In this document: positions 8,270 to 17,364 of the stretch, piece by piece
How the letters are laid out: each line of letters starts with the position of its first letter
Position numbering within the stretch: the stretch's first letter is position 1
Source of the DNA: a virus
Lineage: Duplodnaviria > Caudoviricetes
DNA length: 24,207 bases
Reading direction: 5' to 3' (one strand)
IMG/VR virus record: IMGVR_UViG_3300038393_000858
Span: 1 to 24,207 of that record
The notes under the pieces: generated by a model
What the model saw: only the letters and a program-made list of their open reading frames with translations
What the model was told of the DNA's origin: nothing
The model's database searches: none
Position numbers and translations under genes: made by a program

Positions 8270-8467
8270 ATGACCGAACAAACCAGCGCGGCGCAGCCGC
8301 AGCGCGAGATCCCGCCGCTCCCTGGCGGCGGCTCGTGGACCTTCGACGAAGACAAGTGGGCCTGGGTGTCGAACAACCCCGCCCCGCAACCAGCAACCGC
8401 TGCCGCCGACCAGGCCGCAGCGCCGATCGCCGCACCGGCTGCCGAACAGCCGGCCAGCGAGGAGTAA
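8270..8467 (+). CDS. Small hypothetical phage protein (65 aa, GGGSW motif)
   Basis: SD GGAG 8261-8264, ATG 8270, fills the gap before the tail tube. Confidence 0.6.
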   Translation: MTEQTSAAQPQREIPPLPGGGSWTFDEDKWAWVSNNPAPQPATAAADQAAAPIAAPAAEQPASEE

Positions 8468-8470
8468 GCC

Positions 8471-9430
8471 ATGTCCCGTTACATCAAGAACACCCTGATC
8501 GCCGCGGCCGTCCAGAGCGCGCTCGGCACCGATGCTGCGCCCACCGGCGCGGCGAATGCCATCCTCGTGTCCGACATGAGCCTGACCCCGCTCGACGCGC
8601 AGAACATCGACCGCGCCCTGGTGCGCGGCTTCTTCGGCGGCAGCGAGCAGCTGGTCGGCCCGGGCAGCGTCAAGCTCAGCTATTCGGTCGAACTGGCCGG
8701 CTCCGGCACCGCCGGTACCGCGCCGCCGATCGGCAAGCTGCTGCAGGGCTGCGCGGTCGGTGAAGGCAACCTCAGCACCCCAGCGCGCACCGAGTACACC
8801 CCGGTGTCGACCGGCCTGAAGGCGCTGACCCAGTACTACTACGACGACGGCGTGCTGCACAAGCTGCTCGACAGCATGGGCGACGTCACGATCACCGCCA
8901 AGGTCGGCGAGCGCCCGCTGGCGAAGTTCGACTGGATCGGCCTCGACGGCGGCGTAAGCGCCGCCAACGACACGGGTACTTTCACGCCGTGGAAGAAGCC
9001 GGTCGCGATGACCAAGGCCAACGTGGTCGACATTACGCTGGGCGCCACCTACAACTCCGGCGCGCTCACCGGCGGCACCGTCTACCCGAGCACCGGGCTC
9101 GAGCTCAAGCTGGGCAACCAGGTCGGCTTCACCGCGTTGCTCAGCAGCGAGACGGTGGACATCACCGACCGCGAATCGACTGGTTCGCTGGAGCTCGACC
9201 TGACCGCCGCCCAGGAAGTGGCGCTGATGGGTAACGTCAAGACGAACACTACGCAAAGCCTGGCGATCACGATCGGCACCACGACCGGCAACAAGATCAT
9301 CATCTTCGCGCCCGCCGTCCAGCTGATCAACCCGAAGAAGGTCGAGAAGAACGGCAAGCGCCTGATCGGCTTCGACCTGCGCTACCTGCCCGTCAATGGC
9401 AACGACGAGTGGCGCATCGTCTTCCTGTAA
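8471..9430 (+). CDS. Major tail tube protein
   Basis: 319 aa, SD GAGGAG, VELAGSGTAGTAP..G.LL..C motif, C-terminal P..GNDE, position before the chaperones and tape measure. Confidence 0.85.
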   Translation: MSRYIKNTLIAAAVQSALGTDAAPTGAANAILVSDMSLTPLDAQNIDRALVRGFFGGSEQLVGPGSVKLSYSVELAGSGTAGTAPPIGKLLQGCAVGEGNLSTPARTEYTPVSTGLKALTQYYYDDGVLHKLLDSMGDVTITAKVGERPLAKFDWIGLDGGVSAANDTGTFTPWKKPVAMTKANVVDITLGATYNSGALTGGTVYPSTGLELKLGNQVGFTALLSSETVDITDRESTGSLELDLTAAQEVALMGNVKTNTTQSLAITIGTTTGNKIIIFAPAVQLINPKKVEKNGKRLIGFDLRYLPVNGNDEWRIVFL

Positions 9431-9613
9431 CACGCAGCGACCCCGCAGGCGGCGCGGGCCGGCGCAAGCCGGGCTCATCTAACTGAAGCTGCAGGGTGAC
9501 CGCCCAGCGAACCAATGGAGCGGACGCGCCAGCGTCCACAACACCGAGCGCCGGTGACCATGCAGGCGCACCATCCGCGCGCGAGCGCACAACCTCGAAT
9601 CTAAGGACAGGCA

Positions 9614-9907
9614 ATGAGCTATTCGTTCAACATCAAAGCAGCAAACAAGGCCGCAGCCAAGGAAACCGTGGCCACCAAATTCGACGAGATCACCGCGCAG
9701 CAGCCGATTCACGCGCGTGATCGTGCAGCCGTGCTGGCCAACGCTAACACCGTGATTGACCTGCTGGCCGACGACGACACCAAGGATATTTCCGTTTCCT
9801 GTCACGGCCACCTGTCGTGGACCGGCGCCGGTGCTTTCACGCCCGAGACTGCATCCATCGGTGGTGCGGCCGTCTGCTGCTCGGCCGGCCACTCCGACCG
9901 CGCGTAA
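9614..9907 (+). CDS. Hypothetical protein (97 aa) between tail tube and chaperone
   Basis: SD AAGGA before ATG 9614, somewhat AT-richer codons, preceded by a 183-bp structured gap. Confidence 0.7.
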   Translation: MSYSFNIKAANKAAAKETVATKFDEITAQQPIHARDRAAVLANANTVIDLLADDDTKDISVSCHGHLSWTGAGAFTPETASIGGAAVCCSAGHSDRA

Positions 9908-9949
9908 CACGTCGAGCGACGGAACACCTTAACCAACTACGGGATCCAT

Positions 9950-10306
9950 ATGGCTTACAAACTCGCAGTCGCCGCCGTACTCGTCGCCTCGGTCGCGTTC
10001 ACGCTGAACGACCAGGACGGCGCCAAGAACTTCAAGTTCAACCTGCACTTCGACCGCCTGCCGGCCGACGAATGGGACAAGCGCATCCGCAACGCGGACG
10101 GCAAGGTCGACCAGGTCAACATCCACCAGACCTTGCGCGAAATTACGCGTGGCTGGGACGGCCAGCAGCTGGTGCTTGACGAGGTGACCGGCGCGCCGGC
10201 GCCGTTCAGCCCCGAGGCGCGCGACGTGCTCTACAACGTCCCCGGCTTCGGCGACATCGCCCTGCAGGCCTACGTCAACGGAGTCGCCGCCCGCGTAAAA
10301 ACCTGA
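9950..10306 (+). CDS. Tail assembly chaperone (gpG-like)
   Basis: 118 aa, L.E...GW motif, ends in an A-run (GTA AAA ACC TGA), position upstream of the tape measure. Confidence 0.75.
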   Translation: MAYKLAVAAVLVASVAFTLNDQDGAKNFKFNLHFDRLPADEWDKRIRNADGKVDQVNIHQTLREITRGWDGQQLVLDEVTGAPAPFSPEARDVLYNVPGFGDIALQAYVNGVAARVKT

Positions 10307-10662
10307 CGGCCGCAGCGCGCCGTTGGGCGCGTGGTGACCTGCGCATTCCGGGCCCGGAGCAACCGGACCCGGAAGACCACCTGGACGAGGCATTCAAGGC
10401 GTTCGGGCTGGTTCCGGAAGCGCAGCTGGAACTGGAAGAGGACTTCTTCCTGTGGCCGGAAAACGTAGGCGCTTTCAATTTGTGGCTGGAGGTACAGACC
10501 CAGTGGCGGACCGATAACGGTCTCCGTACTGGTCTTGACCATACGAGCGTCGACATCAACATTCGGTACCTGCCGGTACCAAAGAAGGAAAAGCCCTGGT
10601 ATTTCGCGGCGATCAGGGCGATGGAACGGGCGGCCCTCGACGAGTGGGCCAGGGATCGGTAG
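10297..10662 (+). CDS. DUF1799-like gpT chaperone extension, probably made as a -1 frameshift fusion with 9950-10306
   Basis: The -1 frame is open from the A-run and reads KNLTAAARRWARG...LWPEN..AF...QTQWR...TGLD...MERAAL. It has no convincing start of its own. Confidence 0.75.
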   Translation, partial: KNLTAAARRWARGDLRIPGPEQPDPEDHLDEAFKAFGLVPEAQLELEEDFFLWPENVGAFNLWLEVQTQWRTDNGLRTGLDHTSVDINIRYLPVPKKEKPWYFAAIRAMERAALDEWARDR

Positions 10663-10678
10663 AAAGGGCGAGTCAAGC

Positions 10679-13600
10679 ATGGGGTACACTGCCAGTCCGG
10701 GTGCGGTAATCAGCGTCAGCGTCGAGGGCGTCGCGGCATCGCAGCGCCAGATCGACAACATGGCGCGCTCGATGACCAGCCTGACCAGCACGGTCCAGAA
10801 TGCGATGCGCAGCCTGGCCGCCACCGCCGGCATCGGCGGCGGCGTCGCCGAGGTGGTGCAGCTGTCGGACGAGTACACCAAGCTCACCTCCCAGCTCAAG
10901 CTGGCCACCGATGGTGCGCGCGGCTACGCGGTCGCCTATGCGGACGTCAAGCGCATCTCCGCCGAGACCCAGTCGGCGCTGGCCGGTACCGGCGTGCTGT
11001 ATGCGCGCATCGCCAACGGCACCCGCGACCTCGGCATCAGCCAGCAGAAGGTGGCCGACATCACCGAGGCGGTCAACCTCTCGCTCAAGGTCAGCGGCGC
11101 CACCTCGGAAGAGGCGGCTTCGGCCCAGCTGCAGCTGTCGCAGGCGTTCGCCGCTGGCGCGCTGCGCGGCGAGGAATTCAACGCCGTCAACGAGGCCGCG
11201 CCGCGCCTGATGCGCGCGCTGGCCGACGGCCTGGGCGTGCCCGTCGGCGCGCTCAAGCAGATGGCCTCCGACGGCAAGATCACCGCCGACGTGATGGCCG
11301 AGCTGCTGCCCAAGTCGCTCGAGCAGCTGCGCCAGGAGGCCACGCAGGTCCAGACCATCGGCGGCGCCTTCAACGTCCTCAAGAACAACGTCCTCGAGTT
11401 CACCGCCACCAACGCGCAGGCCAACGGCTCGGTCGCCGTACTGACCGGCGGAATCAAGCTGCTGTCCGATAACCTGAGCATCGTGACCGGCGTGGCCGCA
11501 ACGCTCACGGCGGCCAAGCTCGGCACGTGGCTGACCGACACGGCCCAACGCACGATCGCGACAGCTACCGCAAATCGCACCCTGGCCGCCACCAACCTCG
11601 CGAATGCCGAGGCGCAGGCCACCGCGACCGCATCCGCCTCGCTGTTGGCAAATGCCAGGGTGGCAGAACTCCGTGCAGCCACCTTGGCGGCAACTGGAGC
11701 GGCTCAACTAGCGGTTGCAACCAACGGGCTTGTGCCTGCCCAAGCGCGTGCAGCTGCGGCGGCCGAAGCGCATGCGGGAGCGATGCTGTCGCTCGCGGTC
11801 GCGCAACGTACAGCCTCGACAGCGTTGAGCGCAGGGAGCGCCATCATGACCGCGCTGGGCGGGCCGGTTGGTACCGTGATCACGCTGTTGGGCGTGGCGG
11901 CGACCGCCTGGAGCTGGTACGGCAGCAAGGCTGAAGAGGCCAACAGGAAGGCCGCCGACAGCGCCGAAGCGAGCACGCCCGAGATCCTCGCCAGCCTCGA
12001 GAAGCAGAACGAGAAACTGCGCGAACGCCTGGTGCTGTCGAAGCAGCTGGGCCAGCAGGAAATCGCCAAGGGTGGCGGCCCCGAGGCCGAGCGTCTTGCG
12101 TCGCTGCTCAAGCAGATCAACGATCTGAAGGCCAAGGGCCAGGCGCTTGACGCCGCCGACCAGGTGCAGCTGGTCAACCTGCAAGGCTTGTACGACGCCT
12201 TGGCCAAGGAGATCGGCACCAGAAACCAGTTGAAGGCCGAGCTGGATGCCAGCGGCAGCGCGCTCACCGACGTGGTCGCGGTGCGCGAACGCCTCACCGG
12301 TGTCAACAAGCAGTACCTGGACGACCTGGCCAAGCTGCAGACCGCGCGCGAGAAGGGCGCGATCAGCGAGCAGGAATACATCGGCCTGGTGTCGCAGCTG
12401 GCCACCGAGACCTGGAAGAGTTCGGAGGCCGGCAAGGCCGCCACTGCGTCCGCCGGCAAGCAGCAAACGGCCTACGAGTCGCTGATCAACGCGATCCGCG
12501 AGAAGCTCGCGGAATCCGCCACCGAGATGAACGGCTTCAACAAGCTGGCGGAATCGCAGAAGCTGACGATCAAGCTGAACGACGACATCGCGGCCGGCCT
12601 CATCAAGCGCAACAGTGTCCAGGCGCGCACCGCCGCCGCGATGATCGCCCAGGTCAAGGCGAACGAGAATGTGATCGCCTCGCAAAAGCGCGCCGCCGAC
12701 GGCGCCGAAGCCACCGCCAAGCTGTACCAGGACCTGGCCGATGCGCGTGCCAAGGCGATCGACGATGCCCAGCGCGAGGCCGACAGCAACGAGCGCCTGG
12801 TCGCCACCTTCGGCATGAGCAAGGCGGCGATCGAGGCGCAGGAGCTGGCCCGTCTGCGCGAGCAGCTGGCCCAGCGCGCCTCCACCGGCATGACCTTCGA
12901 CGAGATCGACGCGCTCGAGAAGCTGATCGCCGCCAAACAGCGCAGCGCCGAGGCGCTCGCCAGCCTGGAGTCGAAGGAAGCCTGGCAGCGCAGCGTCGAG
13001 CAGATGGTGGCCGACGCCAAGCGCGGCGCCGAGCAGATCGAGCAGGCGCTGACTGACTCGATCATGCGGGGCGGCAAGAGCGGCGCCGAGTACCTGCAGG
13101 ACCTGTTCCGCACGCTGGTGCTGCGGCCGACGATCCAGGCCATCATGTCGCCGGTGTCGACGGCGCTGGCGGCGACCTTGTCGCCGTCGACGGGCGCCGC
13201 CGCACTGGGTGGATCCAATCTGGTCGGCGCCGCCCAGTCCGCATCCAGCCTGTATAGCATGGCCACCGGCGGCCTGTTCAATGCCGGCGGCAGCGCCATT
13301 GCCAGCCTGGGCGGGCTGGCCGGTTCGAGCTCGCTGTCCGCGTTCGGCGCCGGCTTCGCCGGCAACGCCGCCGGCACGACGATGAGCGCGGCCGAAATGT
13401 TCTCCAGCGCCGGCATGGCCACCGAAGCGAGCGCCGCCTCGTTCGGCGCTGCCGTCAGCGCGGCGCTGCCGTGGATCGGCGGCGTGGTCGCCGCGGCCGC
13501 GTTGTGGGACAAGGCGTTCGGCCACGGCCCGGCCGAGGTGCAGAGCCAGGGCATCAAGGGGTGGATCGACGGCAGCGGCGCCGGCGGCATCAGCTATCAA

Positions 13601-15685
13601 AATATCCATGAGTCGGGCGGCTGGTTCCGTGGCGACAGCAACTGGGTGGCTGGCCAAAACCTGACCAGTGACATGACCAACACGCTGGCGCAAAGCTTCC
13701 AGACGCTGCGCACCACCGCGCACCAGGCCGCCGAGTCGCTCGGGCTGTCGACCGCCGCGATCGACACCTACCAGACCACGTTCGACATCGCGCTGACCAA
13801 CGACGCCGCCGCCAACCAGAAGGCGCTGACCGACTACTTCATCGGCCTGGGCAACGCGATGGCCGGCACGCTGCCCGAGCTGGCCGCGTTCCAGAAGTAC
13901 GGCGAAGGGATGAACGATACGCTGACGCGGCTGGAGGGGGAGTTCCAGACGACCGACCAGGTCGCGCAGCTGCTGGGCAAGACCACGACCGACGTGTTCG
14001 GCCAGGTGGGGCTGGCTTCGGCCGGCGCGCGCGAACGCCTGCTCGACTTGGCCGGCGGCGCGTCGACCCTGACCCGGCAGGTCAGCGGCTATTCGCAGAA
14101 TTTCTTGAGCGAGGCCGAGCGCCTGGCGCCGGTGCAGGCCGCGCTCAACGCCTCCCTGGGCGGCATGGGCCTGTCGGCGCTCGACAGCCGTGAAAAGTTC
14201 AAGGACTACATCGATCAGCTGGTCGCGTCGGGTGCGATCCTGACCGAGGAGGGGGCCAAACGGTTCGACGATCTGATGGCGCTCGAGGAGGCCTTCGCCC
14301 AGGTGCACCCGGCCACCGAAGCCTACGCGCGCTCGCTGGCCGACATCGCCAGCGAGCACAAGTCGCTGCAGGACCAGTACGACGAGCTGACGATGACTTC
14401 GGCGCAGTTGCGCGCCAAGGAGCGCGCCGGCATCGACGCCACCAACCTGTCGCTGTACGACGCCGTCAATGCGCTGAAGGACGCCAAGGCGGCCACCGAC
14501 GCGCTGGCCCAGGCGCAGCGCGACCAGGCCACCTCGCTGCTGGGCAGCGCCGACGGCGCGCTGTCGGTGCTGCAGGCCGTGGTCGGGCGCGAGCAGGACG
14601 CGCTGAAGGCGAAGATCGACGCCGAGAACGCGGTGGTCGACAAGCTGCGCTCGTTATCAAGCGCGCTCTCCGGAACCCTCGACGGCATGCATGCGGCCGG
14701 CCAGGAGGCCGCCAGCCGCGCCAGCGCGCAGGCGCAGATCCACACCGCGCTGGCGATCGCCAAGGCCGGCGGCCCGCTGCCGGACGTCGCCAGCCTGCAA
14801 CGCGCGCTCGGCATCGCCAGCCAGTCCGACCCCGGCCAGTTCGCCAGCTACCAGGACTACCTGCGCGACTACTACCGCACCCGCAACGACATTGCCCAGC
14901 TGGGCAAGCTGACCGACAGCCAGCTGTCCACCGAGGAGCAGTCGCTGGCGGCGCTGCAGGCCGAGTCGAAGCGGCTCGACGCCATCGTCAGCACCGCCCA
15001 GCAGCAGCTGGCCGAGGCCAAGGGCCAGTCCACCACCTTGCTGTCGATCGACCAGGCGCTGCAGGGCTTCGGCACCGCGCTGGCTGCGGCCCTGAACAAC
15101 CCGGTGGTCGCGGCCACCCAGGCCGTCAACACCGCCTACCAGAGCGCGCTCGGGCGCGCACCGGACGCCGCCGGGCTGGAATTCTGGCAGACCAAGGCCG
15201 CCGCCGGCGTGCCGGTGTCGTCCATCGTCGACGCGATCACCAATTCGCCCGAGGCCAAGGTGCAGGCGCTGTACCACTCGCTGCTCGGGCGCCCCGCCGA
15301 CGCCGGCGGCCTGCAGTTCTGGCTGCAGCAGGGCGCGTCGATCGACGCGATCGGCGACGCGATCAAGGGCAGCACCGAGTACGCCGACTACCACAAGCTG
15401 CATCCGTTCGCCATCGGCACCAACTACGTGCCGGAAACGATGCCGGCGCTGCTGCACAAGGGCGAGCGCGTCATCCAGGCTGGCGACAACCGCGAATTGA
15501 TGCGGCGCCTGGCCAGCCCGGCGCAGAACGGCGACGTACTGGTGGCCGCGATCGGTCGCCTGACCGACAAGGTCGCGCGCCTGCAGGGCGCGCTCGATTC
15601 GATCGCCGCCGACACCAGGGAGCACAAGGACATGTTTGACAAGCTGACCGCGGGCGGCAACGTGATGCTGACGGAGGCCGCATGA
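10679..15685 (+). CDS. Tail tape measure protein (~1668 aa)
   Basis: Tape-measure N-terminal motif (QLSQAFAAGALRGEEFNAV), long Ala-rich coiled coil, C-terminal FAIGTNYVP....LHKGERVI. ATG 10679 (MGYTASPG) preferred over the 10535 start in the ORF track. Confidence 0.93.
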   Translation: MGYTASPGAVISVSVEGVAASQRQIDNMARSMTSLTSTVQNAMRSLAATAGIGGGVAEVVQLSDEYTKLTSQLKLATDGARGYAVAYADVKRISAETQSALAGTGVLYARIANGTRDLGISQQKVADITEAVNLSLKVSGATSEEAASAQLQLSQAFAAGALRGEEFNAVNEAAPRLMRALADGLGVPVGALKQMASDGKITADVMAELLPKSLEQLRQEATQVQTIGGAFNVLKNNVLEFTATNAQANGSVAVLTGGIKLLSDNLSIVTGVAATLTAAKLGTWLTDTAQRTIATATANRTLAATNLANAEAQATATASASLLANARVAELRAATLAATGAAQLAVATNGLVPAQARAAAAAEAHAGAMLSLAVAQRTASTALSAGSAIMTALGGPVGTVITLLGVAATAWSWYGSKAEEANRKAADSAEASTPEILASLEKQNEKLRERLVLSKQLGQQEIAKGGGPEAERLASLLKQINDLKAKGQALDAADQVQLVNLQGLYDALAKEIGTRNQLKAELDASGSALTDVVAVRERLTGVNKQYLDDLAKLQTAREKGAISEQEYIGLVSQLATETWKSSEAGKAATASAGKQQTAYESLINAIREKLAESATEMNGFNKLAESQKLTIKLNDDIAAGLIKRNSVQARTAAAMIAQVKANENVIASQKRAADGAEATAKLYQDLADARAKAIDDAQREADSNERLVATFGMSKAAIEAQELARLREQLAQRASTGMTFDEIDALEKLIAAKQRSAEALASLESKEAWQRSVEQMVADAKRGAEQIEQALTDSIMRGGKSGAEYLQDLFRTLVLRPTIQAIMSPVSTALAATLSPSTGAAALGGSNLVGAAQSASSLYSMATGGLFNAGGSAIASLGGLAGSSSLSAFGAGFAGNAAGTTMSAAEMFSSAGMATEASAASFGAAVSAALPWIGGVVAAAALWDKAFGHGPAEVQSQGIKGWIDGSGAGGISYQNIHESGGWFRGDSNWVAGQNLTSDMTNTLAQSFQTLRTTAHQAAESLGLSTAAIDTYQTTFDIALTNDAAANQKALTDYFIGLGNAMAGTLPELAAFQKYGEGMNDTLTRLEGEFQTTDQVAQLLGKTTTDVFGQVGLASAGARERLLDLAGGASTLTRQVSGYSQNFLSEAERLAPVQAALNASLGGMGLSALDSREKFKDYIDQLVASGAILTEEGAKRFDDLMALEEAFAQVHPATEAYARSLADIASEHKSLQDQYDELTMTSAQLRAKERAGIDATNLSLYDAVNALKDAKAATDALAQAQRDQATSLLGSADGALSVLQAVVGREQDALKAKIDAENAVVDKLRSLSSALSGTLDGMHAAGQEAASRASAQAQIHTALAIAKAGGPLPDVASLQRALGIASQSDPGQFASYQDYLRDYYRTRNDIAQLGKLTDSQLSTEEQSLAALQAESKRLDAIVSTAQQQLAEAKGQSTTLLSIDQALQGFGTALAAALNNPVVAATQAVNTAYQSALGRAPDAAGLEFWQTKAAAGVPVSSIVDAITNSPEAKVQALYHSLLGRPADAGGLQFWLQQGASIDAIGDAIKGSTEYADYHKLHPFAIGTNYVPETMPALLHKGERVIQAGDNRELMRRLASPAQNGDVLVAAIGRLTDKVARLQGALDSIAADTREHKDMFDKLTAGGNVMLTEAA

Positions 15686-17364
15686 AGCTGAACCTGAGCC
15701 TCATCGAGCCGGTCGCGATCGGCGCCGCCGCGGTGACACGTGCCGGCTGGGCTACCTACTACGACAAAAACGGCAATCTCGCGACGGCGGTCAACGACCA
15801 GTTGCGGCTGTCCTACAACCCGTCTGATCTCTCCGCCGCCCCGTACGCATTGCTCGAACCGGCGGCGGCTACCAATTGTTTGCCGAACAATACGATGGCA
15901 GGCGCCGTCGTCGGCGGTGCGCTGCCGACCTTCTGGAACATCGGCGTTGGTTCGGGGACCGGCGTAAGCAGATCCGTTGCAGGAATCGGTACCGAGAATG
16001 GCATCGACTATATCGACATCGCCTTCACCGGCACCTCGTCGGGGACGTCCTATTTTTGGATAAACATCTGCGGCAGCGTCGCGGTAGCCGCGTCCGCCGG
16101 CCAGATATGGTGCGGTTCGATGTTCGCAAAGATCGTCAGCGGCAACCGCCCGTCGCAGCTTTACGCCAGCATCAGCGGCCGGAACGGAGCGGGGGCGGGT
16201 GTCGAGGATTCGAGTGCCGCTGTGCTGCCCGATGGCGGCGTACCACTCTCTCAATGCCGCATCGTCAACCAACTGACACTCAGCAGCCCCAATACCGGCA
16301 GCATTCTGCAGTTCGTGACGGTGATGTTCGCCCCTGGGGAGGTTGCGACCGCAACTATCCGTATTGGCTTGCCGCAGCTGGAACAGGACAGGGTGACCAG
16401 CCCGATTCGGACGAGTGCGGGGCCGATCACGCGCCCCGCCGACGTGCTCGGCCCGAATTTTGGCCTGATCTACTCCAGCCTGACCGAGAACGACGCCGAC
16501 GACGCGCCGCTGTACGACCCCGCGCACACCTACGCCGCCGGCGACCGGGTGCGCCGCGCCGAGACGCACCGGGTCTACGAGAGCAACGTCGCCGGCAACC
16601 TCGGCAACACGCCGGAACAAAATGCCACCGGCGACACCGCCAAGTGGCTCGACCTGCGCCCGACCAACAAATGGGCGATGTTCGACGGCGATACCAGCAC
16701 CCAGTCGGCGGCGGCGTCGACGCTCACCGTGGTGCTGCGCCCGGGCGCGATCAACGCGCTGTACGGCGCCGGCATCGACGCCGACCTGGTCCAGGTGTGC
16801 GTGCAGGACGCCCCCGGCGGCGACATCATCCTGAACTATTCCGAAGCGCTCGAGGCCTCTGCGCCGGGTGACTACGACGAGTACTTCTGGGGCCGCTTCA
16901 AGCCGAAGACCGACTTCCTGGTGACCGGGGTCGACCAGTACCACCAGTGCGTGGTCACGGTCACGCTGACCAAGACCGCCGGCACCGTCAAGTGCGGCGT
17001 GCTGCTGGCCGGCGACCAGATCCCGCTCGCCGCCAGCCAGCGCGGCGCCAAGGCCAAGCCGCGCAGCTACAGCTACATCAAGACCGACGACTTCGGCAAC
17101 ACGACGATCAAGCGTCGCCGCGCCACCACCGACCTGAGCGGCACCGCCTGGGTCGAGCGCGCCGAGGCCAGCTGGGTCGAGGGCGTGATCCAGCGCGTGC
17201 TCGACGTGCCGGTGGTGGTGATCGTCAGCGACGACGCCCAGGACTACGGCCTGCGCGGCTACGGCCTGCTCAGCGCCGAAATCTCGTGGGACCAGCCCCA
17301 GGACTGCCTGCTTTCATTCTCTCTGCAAGGACTCATCAATGCCACTACTGACTCCGCCGCCTAG
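15682..17364 (+). CDS. Minor tail (distal tail/tip) protein with an inserted putative carbohydrate-binding domain
   Basis: 560 aa, ATGA overlap with the tape measure. The insert runs from TRAGWATYYD..G.L to QLEQ..TSPI.T...TRPAD, followed by YDP..TY..GDRV and W....PTNKWAMFD. Confidence 0.7.
   Translation: MKLNLSLIEPVAIGAAAVTRAGWATYYDKNGNLATAVNDQLRLSYNPSDLSAAPYALLEPAAATNCLPNNTMAGAVVGGALPTFWNIGVGSGTGVSRSVAGIGTENGIDYIDIAFTGTSSGTSYFWINICGSVAVAASAGQIWCGSMFAKIVSGNRPSQLYASISGRNGAGAGVEDSSAAVLPDGGVPLSQCRIVNQLTLSSPNTGSILQFVTVMFAPGEVATATIRIGLPQLEQDRVTSPIRTSAGPITRPADVLGPNFGLIYSSLTENDADDAPLYDPAHTYAAGDRVRRAETHRVYESNVAGNLGNTPEQNATGDTAKWLDLRPTNKWAMFDGDTSTQSAAASTLTVVLRPGAINALYGAGIDADLVQVCVQDAPGGDIILNYSEALEASAPGDYDEYFWGRFKPKTDFLVTGVDQYHQCVVTVTLTKTAGTVKCGVLLAGDQIPLAASQRGAKAKPRSYSYIKTDDFGNTTIKRRRATTDLSGTAWVERAEASWVEGVIQRVLDVPVVVIVSDDAQDYGLRGYGLLSAEISWDQPQDCLLSFSLQGLINATTDSAA

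Noticed and set aside
9431-9500. Twister, hammerhead or c-di-GMP riboswitch identity for the intergenic structure
   Set aside because: The required conserved cores (twister L4, CUGAUGA...GAAA, GEMM motif) are not present on either strand by eye.
10535-10678. Upstream extension of the tape measure ORF
   Set aside because: Overlaps the DUF1799-like coding frame. ATG 10679, after that stop and a purine-rich tract, is more plausible.
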